Shown here: positions 9,805 to 19,047 of the stretch, piece after piece
Layout: every line of letters starts with the position of its first letter
Numbering within the stretch: position 1 is the stretch's first letter
Assembly (NCBI GenBank): GCA_964416765.1
Contig: CAYQEU010000001.1
Span: 65,675-129,674, forward strand
DNA length: 64,000 nt
Direction: 5' to 3'
Source: an uncultured Candidatus Saccharibacteria bacterium
Lineage (GTDB): Bacteria > Patescibacteriota > Doudnabacteria > UBA920
Position numbers and translations under genes: made by a program
Notes under the pieces: model-generated
What the model saw: the letters and a program-made list of their open reading frames with translations, nothing else
What the model was told of the DNA's origin: nothing
Databases searched by the model: none

Positions 9805-10692
9805 TTATGTCAGGTAATATTCACTCGCGGTTCCAGCTGAAATCGCTCCCGCGATTTCAAGTGTGGTGAGTGCAGCCACGGTTTGGGCCTTGCTTTGTCC
9901 GGCCTGTTCGCAAGAGGCGATAATCTCATCGGCGGCGGCCGTTCCGCCCTGGATACATTGTAACACTAGTTGTTCAGGTGCCGTAAAATTTTGCTGCATT
10001 TTTGCCGCGCGGCCACGTCCGAGCTTGCCATCAATCAAGTTTAAATCCTTTAGCACATCAACCCCGCTTTGCACGGGAACACCGCCGCGTGCCAGCAGTA
10101 AATTGGTACCCACGCTGGTTGGGCTGAAGATAGATCCGGGCACGGCGTACACTCCGCGGTTTTCATCCCGCGCATACCTGGCGGTCATGAGCGCCCCGCT
10201 CCGTGCTTCGCACTCGACCACTACTGTACCCACGCACAGGCCGGCGATAATCCGGTTGCGCGCCAGGAAACTGCTCGGGTAAATCCTGCTGCCGGTCGGC
10301 ATTTCGGAAACCACTAACCCCTGGGCGGCAATTTCCTCTGCCAACCTTTCGTGACCGCGCGGGTACACGGAATTGCCATCAACTCCGCCGGGAACCACCG
10401 CTATAGTCAGGCCGCCGCATTCCAGAGCCGCGCGGTGGGCAGCCGCATCGACGCCATAAGCCAAGCCGGATACTATTGTGGCGCCGTACTCCACCAGCTC
10501 TTTCACAATTTTTTGCGTTGCCAGAATTCCATAGCGGCTGGCTCTCCTGGTGCCGACAACGGCAACGCAGGGGCCGTCGTTCAGCAGGGGAATGTTGCCC
10601 CGGCAATACAACCAGTCCGGCGGGCTCGCAATTTCTTCCAACAAGGCCGGATACTCCACGTCGCCCTGTTCAATAACCTCTATTATCTCCAT
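9805..10692 (-). CDS. dprA: DNA-processing protein DprA (Smf)
   Basis: It has a Rossmann-like DprA domain (VVGTRRASRYG, GLAYGVDAAAHRAAL, IVSGLA) and a C-terminal winged-helix region. The dprA-topA adjacency is conserved. Confidence 0.85.
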   Translation of the reverse strand: MEIIEVIEQGDVEYPALLEEIASPPDWLYCRGNIPLLNDGPCVAVVGTRRASRYGILATQKIVKELVEYGATIVSGLAYGVDAAAHRAALECGGLTIAVVPGGVDGNSVYPRGHERLAEEIAAQGLVVSEMPTGSRIYPSSFLARNRIIAGLCVGTVVVECEARSGALMTARYARDENRGVYAVPGSIFSPTSVGTNLLLARGGVPVQSGVDVLKDLNLIDGKLGRGRAAKMQQNFTAPEQLVLQCIQGGTAAADEIIASCEQAGQSKAQTVAALTTLEIAGAISAGTASEYYLT

Positions 10693-10754
10693 AAAACCCC
10701 CATAAACCCTCCTTTTATTGATAAATGCCCTAAATAGGCCTAAATCCTACCGCC

Positions 10755-10783
10755 TTGACAAAAAGGCGATTTAGGTGTATAAT
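10755..10783 (+). promoter_or_regulatory. Consensus sigma70-type promoter (TTGACA-17-TATAAT) with no downstream CDS
   Basis: ttgaca at 10755-10760, a 17-nt spacer, and tataat at 10778-10783. It points into a roughly 200-nt ORF-free region ending at a hairpin terminator. Confidence 0.55.
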
Positions 10784-10789
10784 TATGAA

Positions 10790-10957
10790 TACAGTTTGGA
10801 CAGTATTTTAGCGGTTTGTGTCCGCTATCCTACTTACAAGTTGCGAAAGCAGGTATCATCCCTCCTATTACTTGCTAGTAGCAATCAAGTAAAGATTCAA
10901 AGGCGTCTGTCTTTAGTCTTTCACTTGTAAGTGGGGTAGCTGATACAAAATAAAAAA
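10790..10957 (+). ncRNA. Candidate small non-coding RNA (unclassified)
   Basis: The region is bounded by a consensus promoter and a terminator hairpin at 10958-10993. A 13-bp long-range helix is predicted (CCUACUUACAAGU at 10829-10841 pairing with ACUUGUAAGUGGG around 10919-10932). It encloses an internal hairpin UACUUGCUAGUAGCAAUCAAGUA. There is no ORF longer than 10 codons. Confidence 0.3.
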
Positions 10958-10993
10958 TCCCTCGTCTATATTAGTAGGCGAGGGGTTATTTTT
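10958..10993. terminator. Bidirectional rho-independent terminator (pth on the minus strand and the candidate sRNA on the plus strand)
   Basis: The sequence aaaaaaTCCCTCGtctatattagtagGCGAGGGGttattttt has a GC stem flanked by an A-run and a T-run. Confidence 0.6.
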
Positions 10994-11528
10994 CTAAAAA
11001 TAGCTCTATTTTTTCATCAACCTGGGGGAGGACATCGTCCTCGAGCTTTTTGCGTTCTTCCGGAGTGAAGTTTTCCAGCACGAACGCGTCGGTGGGCATG
11101 TGCTCGCGGCTTTCCCGTGTCTCAACTCCTATCCTCAACCGGTGGAAGTTTTGGCTGGACAGCGCTTCAATGATGCTTTTCACCCCATTGTGACCGGCGG
11201 CCGATGAGTCGCTGTTTTCCCTGATGGTGCCGAATGGCAAATCCACTTCATCGTGGATGACCAGGAGGTTTTCCGCGATGGAAACTTTGTAGAAGTTAAG
11301 CGCGGCGGTGACAGCTTTGCCTGACTCATTCATGTAAGTCTGGGGTTTGATGAAAATTATTCGTTCGTTTTCTATGGTCACGCTGGCGATGTGGGAATCA
11401 AAGTTGTTTTCCCAGCGCACTTCCGCGTGGCTGTCCCGCAGGAAATGGTCCAGAGCCAAAAACCCGACGTTATGGCGGGTGTGCTCGTACTTTTGTCCGG
11501 GATTACCGAGTCCGACAATGAGTTTCAT
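10986..11528 (-). CDS. pth: Peptidyl-tRNA hydrolase
   Basis: The N-terminus MKLIVGLGNPGQKYEHTRHNVGF is the canonical Pth signature. The protein is 180 aa. Confidence 0.9.
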   Translation of the reverse strand: MKLIVGLGNPGQKYEHTRHNVGFLALDHFLRDSHAEVRWENNFDSHIASVTIENERIIFIKPQTYMNESGKAVTAALNFYKVSIAENLLVIHDEVDLPFGTIRENSDSSAAGHNGVKSIIEALSSQNFHRLRIGVETRESREHMPTDAFVLENFTPEERKKLEDDVLPQVDEKIELFLEK

Positions 11529-11614
11529 GTCGGTAGTATAGCAGGGAAGTGGGTGCGGTCAAAACATTAACGATGGCCGCAGGTAAGTCATGATAGAATA
11601 AACATAGATACAAT

Positions 11615-13381
11615 ATGCAAGTTTTAACCAAGCAGACATTAAGAATATATTGGCAACATGTCCGGAAGTATAGAGGGCATTTTTTTGTGATACTCGGCGG
11701 CGTTATTTTAACCGCCTCGATTGAACTTTACTTCCCGTTTGTCTACAAATACATTTTCGACACCCTCGCCGGTGGCGGCAGTGAAACTTGGCCGCACCTG
11801 CGCAACGCCATCGCGCTGTTTGCGCTTTTGGGCATAATGAACTGGATGACCTGGCGCATGGTAACTTTTGTTAACAACCGGTTCCAGCCGCGGGTCATGG
11901 CCGACTTAATGAACACCTGTTTCGAATACGTGCAGGCCCATTCTTATGGGTTCTTTAGCGATAACTTCGTGGGCAGCCTGGTGGCAAAAATCCGCCGTTA
12001 CCCACGTTCATTCGAGACCATTGCCGACCAGATCTGTTTTGACCTGGGACGCAACCTGTTTTTGCGGGTGACACTGATTACCATCGCGCTTACGATTTAC
12101 TCCTGGCGGATTGGTTTGATGGTGTTTGTCTGGGCGCTGTTGTTTGTGCTGTTTAACTACTTGTTTTCGCTGTACAAACTGAAGTACGACATCCAGCGGT
12201 CGGCCATGGATACTGAAATTACCGCCCAGCTCGCCGACACTGTCACCAACAACATCAACCTAAAATTGTTCTCCTCTTCCTGGCGAGAATTCCTGACTTT
12301 TGGGCGAATAATGGAACGCTGGAACAAAATCCAGCGCTGGACCTGGGACCTGGGCGCTACCGCTGACGCGGTACAGGGCGGCTTTATGGTAATTTTGGAA
12401 GTCGCGGTTTTGTGGGTGGGCGTGTACTACTGGAGGATTGGCAAGTTTACCGTGGGTGACCTGGCCCTGCTGCAGGGTTACATGTTCCAGATTTTTGACA
12501 ACCTCTACAACGTTGGCCGCAACATTCGCAACTTGTATGAAGCCGTGGCTGACGCCAATGAGATGACTGAAATCCTCGTGCACAAGCATGAGTTGACCGA
12601 CGCGCCCGGGGCTACCAAATTAAGCGCGGTGCGCGGCGACATTGAATTCAATAACGTTACGTTCCGCTACAAGAACAACTCCAATATTTTCACCGGGTTC
12701 AATTTGAAAATCCCTGCGGGACAAAAAGTGGCTTTGGTGGGAACTTCCGGCGGCGGTAAATCAACCGTGGTAAAATTGCTGCTTCGCTTCTACGACCTGC
12801 AGTCCGGGAAGGTTTTGATTGACGGCCAAGACATTAGCCAGGTGACGCAGGACAGCTTGCGTGACCAAATTGCTTTGGTGCCTCAGGAACCAATTTTATT
12901 CCACCGGCCGATTATGGAAAACATCCGCTACGCCCGGCCTTCAGCCACTGATGAGGAAGTGGTGCGGGCCGCGAAGCTCGCGCACTGCCATGAATTCGTA
13001 TCCGGCTTTGCTGAAGGCTACGCCACCATGGTGGGGGAGCGTGGAATCAAGTTGTCCGGCGGGGAAAGACAGCGCGTGGCGATTGCCCGCGCCATCCTTA
13101 AAGGCGCGCCGATCCTGGTTTTGGATGAGGCGACATCTTCGCTCGACTCGGAATCGGAATATTACATCCAGGATGCTTTACACAATCTGATGCGCGGCAA
13201 GACCACCATTGTCATTGCCCACCGCCTCTCTACTATTATGCAAATGGACCGCATCATAGTTCTTGATGGCGGCCGGATTATTGAGGAGGGCAAACACGAA
13301 GAACTGGTTAAAGCCCAAAGCGGTACTTACCAAAAACTCTGGCATATCCAGGCTGGCGGATTCAGCGGCGCTGAAGCCTAA
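11615..13381 (+). CDS. ABC exporter, fused permease and ATP-binding subunit (MsbA/lipid-exporter-like)
   Basis: A six-TM N-terminal domain is followed by an NBD with Walker A GTSGGGKST, the signature [14 protein letters not shown] and Walker B ILVLDEATS. Confidence 0.85.
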   Translation: MQVLTKQTLRIYWQHVRKYRGHFFVILGGVILTASIELYFPFVYKYIFDTLAGGGSETWPHLRNAIALFALLGIMNWMTWRMVTFVNNRFQPRVMADLMNTCFEYVQAHSYGFFSDNFVGSLVAKIRRYPRSFETIADQICFDLGRNLFLRVTLITIALTIYSWRIGLMVFVWALLFVLFNYLFSLYKLKYDIQRSAMDTEITAQLADTVTNNINLKLFSSSWREFLTFGRIMERWNKIQRWTWDLGATADAVQGGFMVILEVAVLWVGVYYWRIGKFTVGDLALLQGYMFQIFDNLYNVGRNIRNLYEAVADANEMTEILVHKHELTDAPGATKLSAVRGDIEFNNVTFRYKNNSNIFTGFNLKIPAGQKVALVGTSGGGKSTVVKLLLRFYDLQSGKVLIDGQDISQVTQDSLRDQIALVPQEPILFHRPIMENIRYARPSATDEEVVRAAKLAHCHEFVSGFAEGYATMVGERGIKLSGGERQRVAIARAILKGAPILVLDEATSSLDSESEYYIQDALHNLMRGKTTIVIAHRLSTIMQMDRIIVLDGGRIIEEGKHEELVKAQSGTYQKLWHIQAGGFSGAEA

Positions 13382-13456
13382 GTGAAATAAGATAAATAAA
13401 ATAAGACCCTTCTCCAATCCATTCACTAGCGTCAGGGATTTCCGAAGGGCCTTATT

Positions 13457-14776
13457 TTATTTTTTATCTTTGCCTTTAAGCTTTAGTAAAACTGGGGTGC
13501 CCCAGAAGCCGAGGTCTTTGGCGATGAGGTTTCTAAGATAGCTGCGGTATTGCTGGGAGATAGTGGCGGCTAGGTTAACCTGCAATTGGAAGGTAGGGGG
13601 GTCAACGTCAATCTGGGTGAGGCCAATGACTTTTGGTTGGCGCTGGTCGCGCAGGAGTTTGGGAGGGTTATGGGTTAAGCTGTTGCGTAGAACCCGGTCT
13701 ATATCTTCCTGGTCAGCCACTTTCTTGCGGTTTTCATAAATCGGCTTGATTGCCGCAACTACCTCATTTATGTTTTCACCTTTTTCAGCAGAAATGAAAA
13801 TCAACGGGCTGTACCATAGGAACGGGAAGTGGTATGAAATATGGTCGCGCAGACGCTCTTCGCTACCGTCATAAGCGTCCATTTTGTTTACCACTATAAT
13901 ACAGCCTTTTTCCATGTTCGCGATGTCGGCGGCAATGTGCTGGTCCTGCTTGCTAATGGGCTCCAGCGCGTTGATGACCAAGATGGACACATCACTGCGG
14001 CGGATGCTTTTGAAAGTCTGGAAGCTGGAATATACATCCGGCAGTTTCTGGTTGTTGTTTTTCCGCTTCAGTCCGGCGGTGTCAATAAAGTTATAGTCCA
14101 CGCCGTTGATTTTGGTGTGGGTATCTATGGAAGTGCGCGTGGTACCGGGAATTGAGGAAACCACGACGCGCTTTTGTTTAAGGATGGCGTTGAGTAGGCT
14201 GCTTTTGCCGACGTTTGGTTTTCCGACAATGGAAACGCTGATGGAATTTTCCGGTTTTGGGGGCAAAGTTTTTTCCGGTGGCAGAGCTTCAACCGCAGCA
14301 TCGAGCATGTCCCCCAGGCCACGGCCGGTAAGGGCGGAAATACCAAAAATCTTTTTAAGGCCCATGGACTGGAAATCGGCAATCACCTGGTCTTGTTTCT
14401 TGGGGGAGTCGAGTTTGTTAATCGCCAGGATAATGGGTTTTTGAATTTTGCGGAATTTGAGTAAAGTCTTGCGGTCAATTTGTTCCGGTCGGGTTTTTCC
14501 GTCCACCACAAACACAATTACATCCGCTTCATCCACGGCAATGTTGATCTGTTCGAGGAGGGCGATTTCAAGTTCACCAGTTTCATAATCTAATCCGGCG
14601 GTATCAACCATGCTAAATTCGCGTCCATTCCAAGTGGAATCTACATATTGACGGTCGCGCGTGGTACCGGCTACCGGGGAGGTAACGGCAAAGCGGCGCC
14701 CGGCAATTTTGTTCATTAAAGTGGACTTGCCGGCATTTGGTTGCCCAACAAGCGCGATTAAGGGTAAGTCTTGCAT
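13457..14776 (-). CDS. der: Ribosome-biogenesis GTPase Der (EngA)
   Basis: Two tandem GTPase domains (GQPNAGKSTLMN and GKPNVGKSSLLN G1 motifs; DTAG G3 motifs) are followed by a C-terminal KH-like domain. Confidence 0.9.
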   Translation of the reverse strand: MQDLPLIALVGQPNAGKSTLMNKIAGRRFAVTSPVAGTTRDRQYVDSTWNGREFSMVDTAGLDYETGELEIALLEQINIAVDEADVIVFVVDGKTRPEQIDRKTLLKFRKIQKPIILAINKLDSPKKQDQVIADFQSMGLKKIFGISALTGRGLGDMLDAAVEALPPEKTLPPKPENSISVSIVGKPNVGKSSLLNAILKQKRVVVSSIPGTTRTSIDTHTKINGVDYNFIDTAGLKRKNNNQKLPDVYSSFQTFKSIRRSDVSILVINALEPISKQDQHIAADIANMEKGCIIVVNKMDAYDGSEERLRDHISYHFPFLWYSPLIFISAEKGENINEVVAAIKPIYENRKKVADQEDIDRVLRNSLTHNPPKLLRDQRQPKVIGLTQIDVDPPTFQLQVNLAATISQQYRSYLRNLIAKDLGFWGTPVLLKLKGKDKK

Positions 14777-14782
14777 AGCGGT

Positions 14783-16225
14783 TTAGTTACTGCCCGAGCC
14801 GATAATCATAATAAGGTCGGCCTTTTCTTTGCTGACTTTCACTCCTGGTGGGGGAAGGGTGACTTCGCTGGCGCTAAAAGTATCTTTGATGAATTGGAGG
14901 GTACCTGGCTTGTCGTTGATTTCGTACACCACGGTTTGGGTTAGCGGAGTGCCGCTGTAGGTGAACTGCACCACGGTTACGCCCTGGCTGGTAAGCTGTT
15001 TGGCTACCGTGGAATACTGGCGGCCGCCCTTGGTGGAATCGGCCAGCCAAATGACGCTCTTTTCCGAAGATAGTTTGGAGGTGTTGAAACTATTTTGGAA
15101 AAAGTCGCGGATATCAGAGGAGGATTTGCCATCGCAGGCCGTTAGGATATACGCGCCGCTGGCTTCGTCTTTGCCGTCGCACACGAGACCGGTGCTTGGG
15201 TCGAGGCTCAGGGAAGTAATTTGGTCCTTGGACCAGTCGTGGCCGATTTCATACAGACGAAACATTTCGGCGAGGCTTAAGTTGGTATGGAAATGGTCGC
15301 CCAAAACATCCAAAAGCTGGTTAACCTTGCCGCTGTCGCTGACCAGGTTTAACTGGACGACTTTCGTTTTGAAAGCCTGCAACATTTTTTGCTGGCGCAC
15401 GCCGCGGGCAAAGTCAGTTCCTTCCGGGCCTGCCGCGTGGCGGGAGCGCGCGTAAATCAAAGCGCGGGTTCCGTTCATGTGCTCGTCTCCTTCTTTGAAA
15501 GTGACAGCCGGAATGTACCCGTTCTTGTTGTCGGGGTAAGTGTAGTCGGTAAAAGTCCTGTCCACGTGGATGTCGACGCCTTCGACCAGGTCAATTCCTT
15601 TCTGGAATCCCTGGAAGTCCACAACCGCGAAGTAGGGGATGTCGAGACCGGTAACCTTTTCCACGGTTTCGCGGGCATAGCGTCCGGCAGTATCAAAATT
15701 TTTCCCATCGGCAAACCCATCAGCGAACGCGGAGTTTATTTTTGCCCAGCCATAACCATTTCCGATTTGGACAAAGTAATCGCGGGGGATGGAAATCATG
15801 GTGGCCTTTTTGTCACCGGGCCGGATTTGCGCCACTATAATACTGTCAGAGAGGTAAGGGCCGTCATGGCCTTCGCCGCCAATTCCAAGCAACAGGACAT
15901 TAACCTGGCCGTTGCTTTCGCCTTGGAGCTTGGTGCCACCGAGCAGTTGGCCCACCTGTCCGAGCAAGCCGGTTTTTTGCCCGACAAAAATTTTGTTGGT
16001 CAGGTTCTGGGCCCGGGCAAATATGAAGATGCCCAGCCCGACAATAACCACGCCAATAATAATTAAAAGCGCCTTCAGGATGGGGTGCTTTTTTTTCGGG
16101 ACTTGAAACCCATGGTAATTTTCCTGGCGGGTTTCTTGTGAGCTAATTTTGGGACCTTCTACCGTGGTTGAGCGATGGTTTCTGGAATCAGGATTATTCA
16201 TGATAAATGCAAAATACCCAAGCAT
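14783..16225 (-). CDS. LCP family (LytR-CpsA-Psr) cell-envelope phosphotransferase
   Basis: There is an N-terminal TM anchor, an LCP catalytic core (LLLGIGGEGHDGPYLSDSIIVAQIRPG...ISIPRD) and a C-terminal LytR_C-like region. Confidence 0.8.
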   Translation of the reverse strand: MLGYFAFIMNNPDSRNHRSTTVEGPKISSQETRQENYHGFQVPKKKHPILKALLIIIGVVIVGLGIFIFARAQNLTNKIFVGQKTGLLGQVGQLLGGTKLQGESNGQVNVLLLGIGGEGHDGPYLSDSIIVAQIRPGDKKATMISIPRDYFVQIGNGYGWAKINSAFADGFADGKNFDTAGRYARETVEKVTGLDIPYFAVVDFQGFQKGIDLVEGVDIHVDRTFTDYTYPDNKNGYIPAVTFKEGDEHMNGTRALIYARSRHAAGPEGTDFARGVRQQKMLQAFKTKVVQLNLVSDSGKVNQLLDVLGDHFHTNLSLAEMFRLYEIGHDWSKDQITSLSLDPSTGLVCDGKDEASGAYILTACDGKSSSDIRDFFQNSFNTSKLSSEKSVIWLADSTKGGRQYSTVAKQLTSQGVTVVQFTYSGTPLTQTVVYEINDKPGTLQFIKDTFSASEVTLPPPGVKVSKEKADLIMIIGSGSN

Positions 16226-16317
16226 TATACCCGAAAAACCCGTACCTTGCCAACTTTAGCGCAGCTTTGTTATAGTTTGAATGTTATATATAAATTCTTG
16301 CCCGGAGAAAGGGGATT

Positions 16318-16959
16318 ATGGACGAAAAAAACACACAAATAAAATATGAAGAAGGGCGTGACAGTGCGGCTGCGTACCTAGAAGCTGAGCAGACAGACAG
16401 CGGCGCATCATTGGGCAGTTTCGTAACTGACCTAGTCAAAGTCGTTATTGTTGCCATCATTGCCATGCTGTTGTTCCGCTATTTCGTGGCGGAACCTTTC
16501 ATTGTTTCCGGCACCTCCATGGTCCCGACATACCAGAATCACCAGTATCTCGTCATAAACAAAATGACTTACCGTTTCCATAAGCCGGAACGTGGTGATG
16601 TAATCGTGTTCCGCTACCCGCAGAATACCAAGGAATTTTTCATCAAGCGGGTGATTGGCCTGCCAGGTGAAAAAGTTAAGGTAGACAGCGGTCATGTGGT
16701 TGTATACAACAATGACCACCCGGAGGGAAAAGTACTCGATGAACCCTATTTACCGAGCCAGGACATCACTTTTGGTGACAGCAAAATAACCACTCTCGGG
16801 TCTGACGAATACTACGTGCTGGGAGACAACCGCCTGCAGTCCAGCGATTCCCGCCTATGGGGTGTTTTGCCATCAGACGACATCGTCGGCAAGGTGTTGG
16901 TTCGCGTGTTCCCCCCACAGGATTTTAAGTTCATAACTGACCCGACTTACCAGTTTTAA
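16318..16959 (+). CDS. lepB: Signal peptidase I
   Basis: The catalytic Ser box GTSMVPT, Lys box KRVIGLPGE and GDNRLQSSDSRLWG motif are present. There is an N-terminal TM segment and an RBS ggagaaagggg. Confidence 0.85.
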   Translation: MDEKNTQIKYEEGRDSAAAYLEAEQTDSGASLGSFVTDLVKVVIVAIIAMLLFRYFVAEPFIVSGTSMVPTYQNHQYLVINKMTYRFHKPERGDVIVFRYPQNTKEFFIKRVIGLPGEKVKVDSGHVVVYNNDHPEGKVLDEPYLPSQDITFGDSKITTLGSDEYYVLGDNRLQSSDSRLWGVLPSDDIVGKVLVRVFPPQDFKFITDPTYQF

Positions 16960-16989
16960 ACTGGTAGGCTCTGGGTTTAAGGCTTCGCT

Positions 16990-18261
16990 TTGAAAAAAAC
17001 TTCCCCGACCCCGAAAGTATCCGGTATCGCCGGAGCTAAAGACGTAATTACCCAAACCGACCCCATCGGAAACTTGATGCTAAAGAGTTTCCAGAAGGTC
17101 GGTCGTGTTTATGGTTTCCTCCGAGTCGAAACTCCGATCTTAGAAGACGCCCAGTTGTATAAAAATTTTGCCAAAGATACTGCCGAGAGCGGACAGGACT
17201 CGCTTGCTATCCCCGTCGGTCCGCATAATTACAGCGTCCGTTCCGCGATGCTCCCTTCGGTGCTGCGCGCTTACGCGCAAAGGAAAACTGACGAAACTGA
17301 AGTACTGGCCAAGTGGCATTATTTGGGTAACGTGGTCCGTCAGGACGAGAACAAAGGCTGGGTTTCCGATTATGAATACGGTCTGGAAACTTTGGGGGTG
17401 TTCAACCACCTCACTGAAGCGCAGACCATTGCCGCGGTTTGGCATTTTGTCCAGGAACTTGGCCTCGCCGACGCGACTTTGGAAATAAACACCATTGGCG
17501 ACAGCGCGTGCCAACAGGCTTATGAAAGTGTGCTAAAGACTTACCTCAAGGAAAATGATTTTAACCTGTGCGATAACTGCAAGGAACAGATTAAGCACCG
17601 CTCGTTAAACGTTCTGCGCTGCACGGAGGAATCCTGCCAAAACGTGGCAGCCGGCGCTCCGGCCGTGCTCGACTTTTTGGATGAGGTAACCCACAAGCAC
17701 TTTACTAATATTCTTGAAGCACTGGACGAGCTCGCTATCCCTTACCAGCTTAACCCGCTCTATGTCGGTCGGGAAGGACTTTGCAAAACCAACGTTATTA
17801 TCCGTTACAAGAGCGGCAAAGAAACGGTGACTTTAGGTGAAGCCGGTTACCACGACATGATATTGAAAAACCTGGGGGGCAAAGGCTTGTCGGGGTTTGG
17901 ATTCGTCGGGAGTTTTGCTGCCATCCGCCGGGCTTTGGAACTCGCCGCCATCGAAGCCGAAAACAGTTACCGTACCGAAGTTTACCTGGTCCCGCTAGGG
18001 GAGTTGGCCGCCAAGAAAAGCCTGCGCTTGTTCCGTGACCTGATTGCGGAAGACGTCCAGGTGTATGACCACTTCGGCGCCGCCGGGGTAAAAAATCAGC
18101 TTAAACAGGCCGAAGCATCCAAATCTCCGATTGCCCTGATCATGGGCCAGAAGGAAGCCATGGATGAAATGGTTATCTTGCGTGACGTCAAAAGCGGCAT
18201 GCAGGAAGTTTTCTCTTACGACAAAATTGTCGTTGAGGTCAAAAAGCGCCTCGGCCGCTAA
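16990..18261 (+). CDS. Histidyl-tRNA synthetase-like paralog with degenerate catalytic motifs (HisZ-like or non-catalytic; retains a class II anticodon-binding domain)
   Basis: Its architecture matches the bona fide hisS at 26916. The class II motif 2 is degenerate (HYLGNVVRQDE...EYGLETLGV instead of R..E..Q.D), and the His-binding GGRYD is replaced by GEAGYHDMIL. The C-terminal HGPT-type anticodon-binding domain is conserved (VYLVPLGE...IALIMGQKE). Confidence 0.6.
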   Translation: MKKTSPTPKVSGIAGAKDVITQTDPIGNLMLKSFQKVGRVYGFLRVETPILEDAQLYKNFAKDTAESGQDSLAIPVGPHNYSVRSAMLPSVLRAYAQRKTDETEVLAKWHYLGNVVRQDENKGWVSDYEYGLETLGVFNHLTEAQTIAAVWHFVQELGLADATLEINTIGDSACQQAYESVLKTYLKENDFNLCDNCKEQIKHRSLNVLRCTEESCQNVAAGAPAVLDFLDEVTHKHFTNILEALDELAIPYQLNPLYVGREGLCKTNVIIRYKSGKETVTLGEAGYHDMILKNLGGKGLSGFGFVGSFAAIRRALELAAIEAENSYRTEVYLVPLGELAAKKSLRLFRDLIAEDVQVYDHFGAAGVKNQLKQAEASKSPIALIMGQKEAMDEMVILRDVKSGMQEVFSYDKIVVEVKKRLGR

Positions 18262-18325
18262 AATCTCTAGATTTGACCAAACGGCCGAAATCTATTATAG
18301 TTATTTGAGAAATGAGGTGAATTTA

Positions 18326-18562
18326 ATGGTAGAAGTTAAGAAAAAAGATAACGAATCATTTGAAAATTTACTTCGCCGCTTCCAGCGTAAGATCCAGCAG
18401 AGCGGCGTTTTAGTTCGTGCCCGAAAAACCCGTTTCTTTGAGCCGACTAAGAGCCGCAACCTGCAGCGTTCCGCCGCACAGCGCCGTTCCGTGATGCGCG
18501 CCACTCGTGAAGAAATGAAGAAGCTGGGCAAACCGGTTAAAACTGGCAAGTTCCGCAGATAA
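18326..18562 (+). CDS. rpsU: 30S ribosomal protein S21
   Basis: MVEVKKKDNESFENLLRRFQRKIQQSGVLVRARKTRFFEPTKSRNLQRS... is the canonical S21 sequence. An RBS gaggtga lies at 18314-18320. The start is internal to a longer annotated ORF that overlaps the upstream gene. Confidence 0.85.
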   Translation: MVEVKKKDNESFENLLRRFQRKIQQSGVLVRARKTRFFEPTKSRNLQRSAAQRRSVMRATREEMKKLGKPVKTGKFRR

Positions 18563-18596
18563 CACCCGCTAAACTCAGGAAATTTAAAATAAAACT

Positions 18597-19040
18597 ATGG
18601 CCAAACTTTCTGACATCGAAGCAGATACTCACGCCGCACTAAAAGCGAGAGATTCTCTCACTGCTGATACCTTGCGCGGCCTTAAAACCAGAATCCAAAA
18701 TGAAACCATCGCCCAAGGCCATGAACTCTCGGAAGAAGAGATCACGGCCTTGGTTGCGTCTGAGGTAAAACGCCGAAAGGAATCGGTCGACGCTTTTGAA
18801 AAAGGCGGCCGGCCCGAGCTGGCGGAGAAGGAGCAAGCAGAAATCGCACTGCTCCAGAAATACCTGCCTGCCCAGGCCAGCGAGGATGAGATCCGCGCCG
18901 CGGCCCAGGCCTTAATCGCCGAACACGGCTGGTCCAGTAAGAAAGATTTTGGCCAGGCTATGGGTGCGTTAAAAGCGAAGTTTGGCGCTTCGGCAGACGG
19001 CAGCGTCCTTTCAAAAATCCTTCAAGAACACTTGAGCTAA
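18597..19040 (+). CDS. GatB/YqeY domain protein
   Basis: The 147-aa protein has YqeY-family conserved blocks (LKARD..T...R, KRRKESV..F..GGR.ELAEKE.AEI..L..YLP). The rpsU-yqeY adjacency is typical. Confidence 0.8.
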   Translation: MAKLSDIEADTHAALKARDSLTADTLRGLKTRIQNETIAQGHELSEEEITALVASEVKRRKESVDAFEKGGRPELAEKEQAEIALLQKYLPAQASEDEIRAAAQALIAEHGWSSKKDFGQAMGALKAKFGASADGSVLSKILQEHLS

Positions 19041-19047
19041 ATACCAA

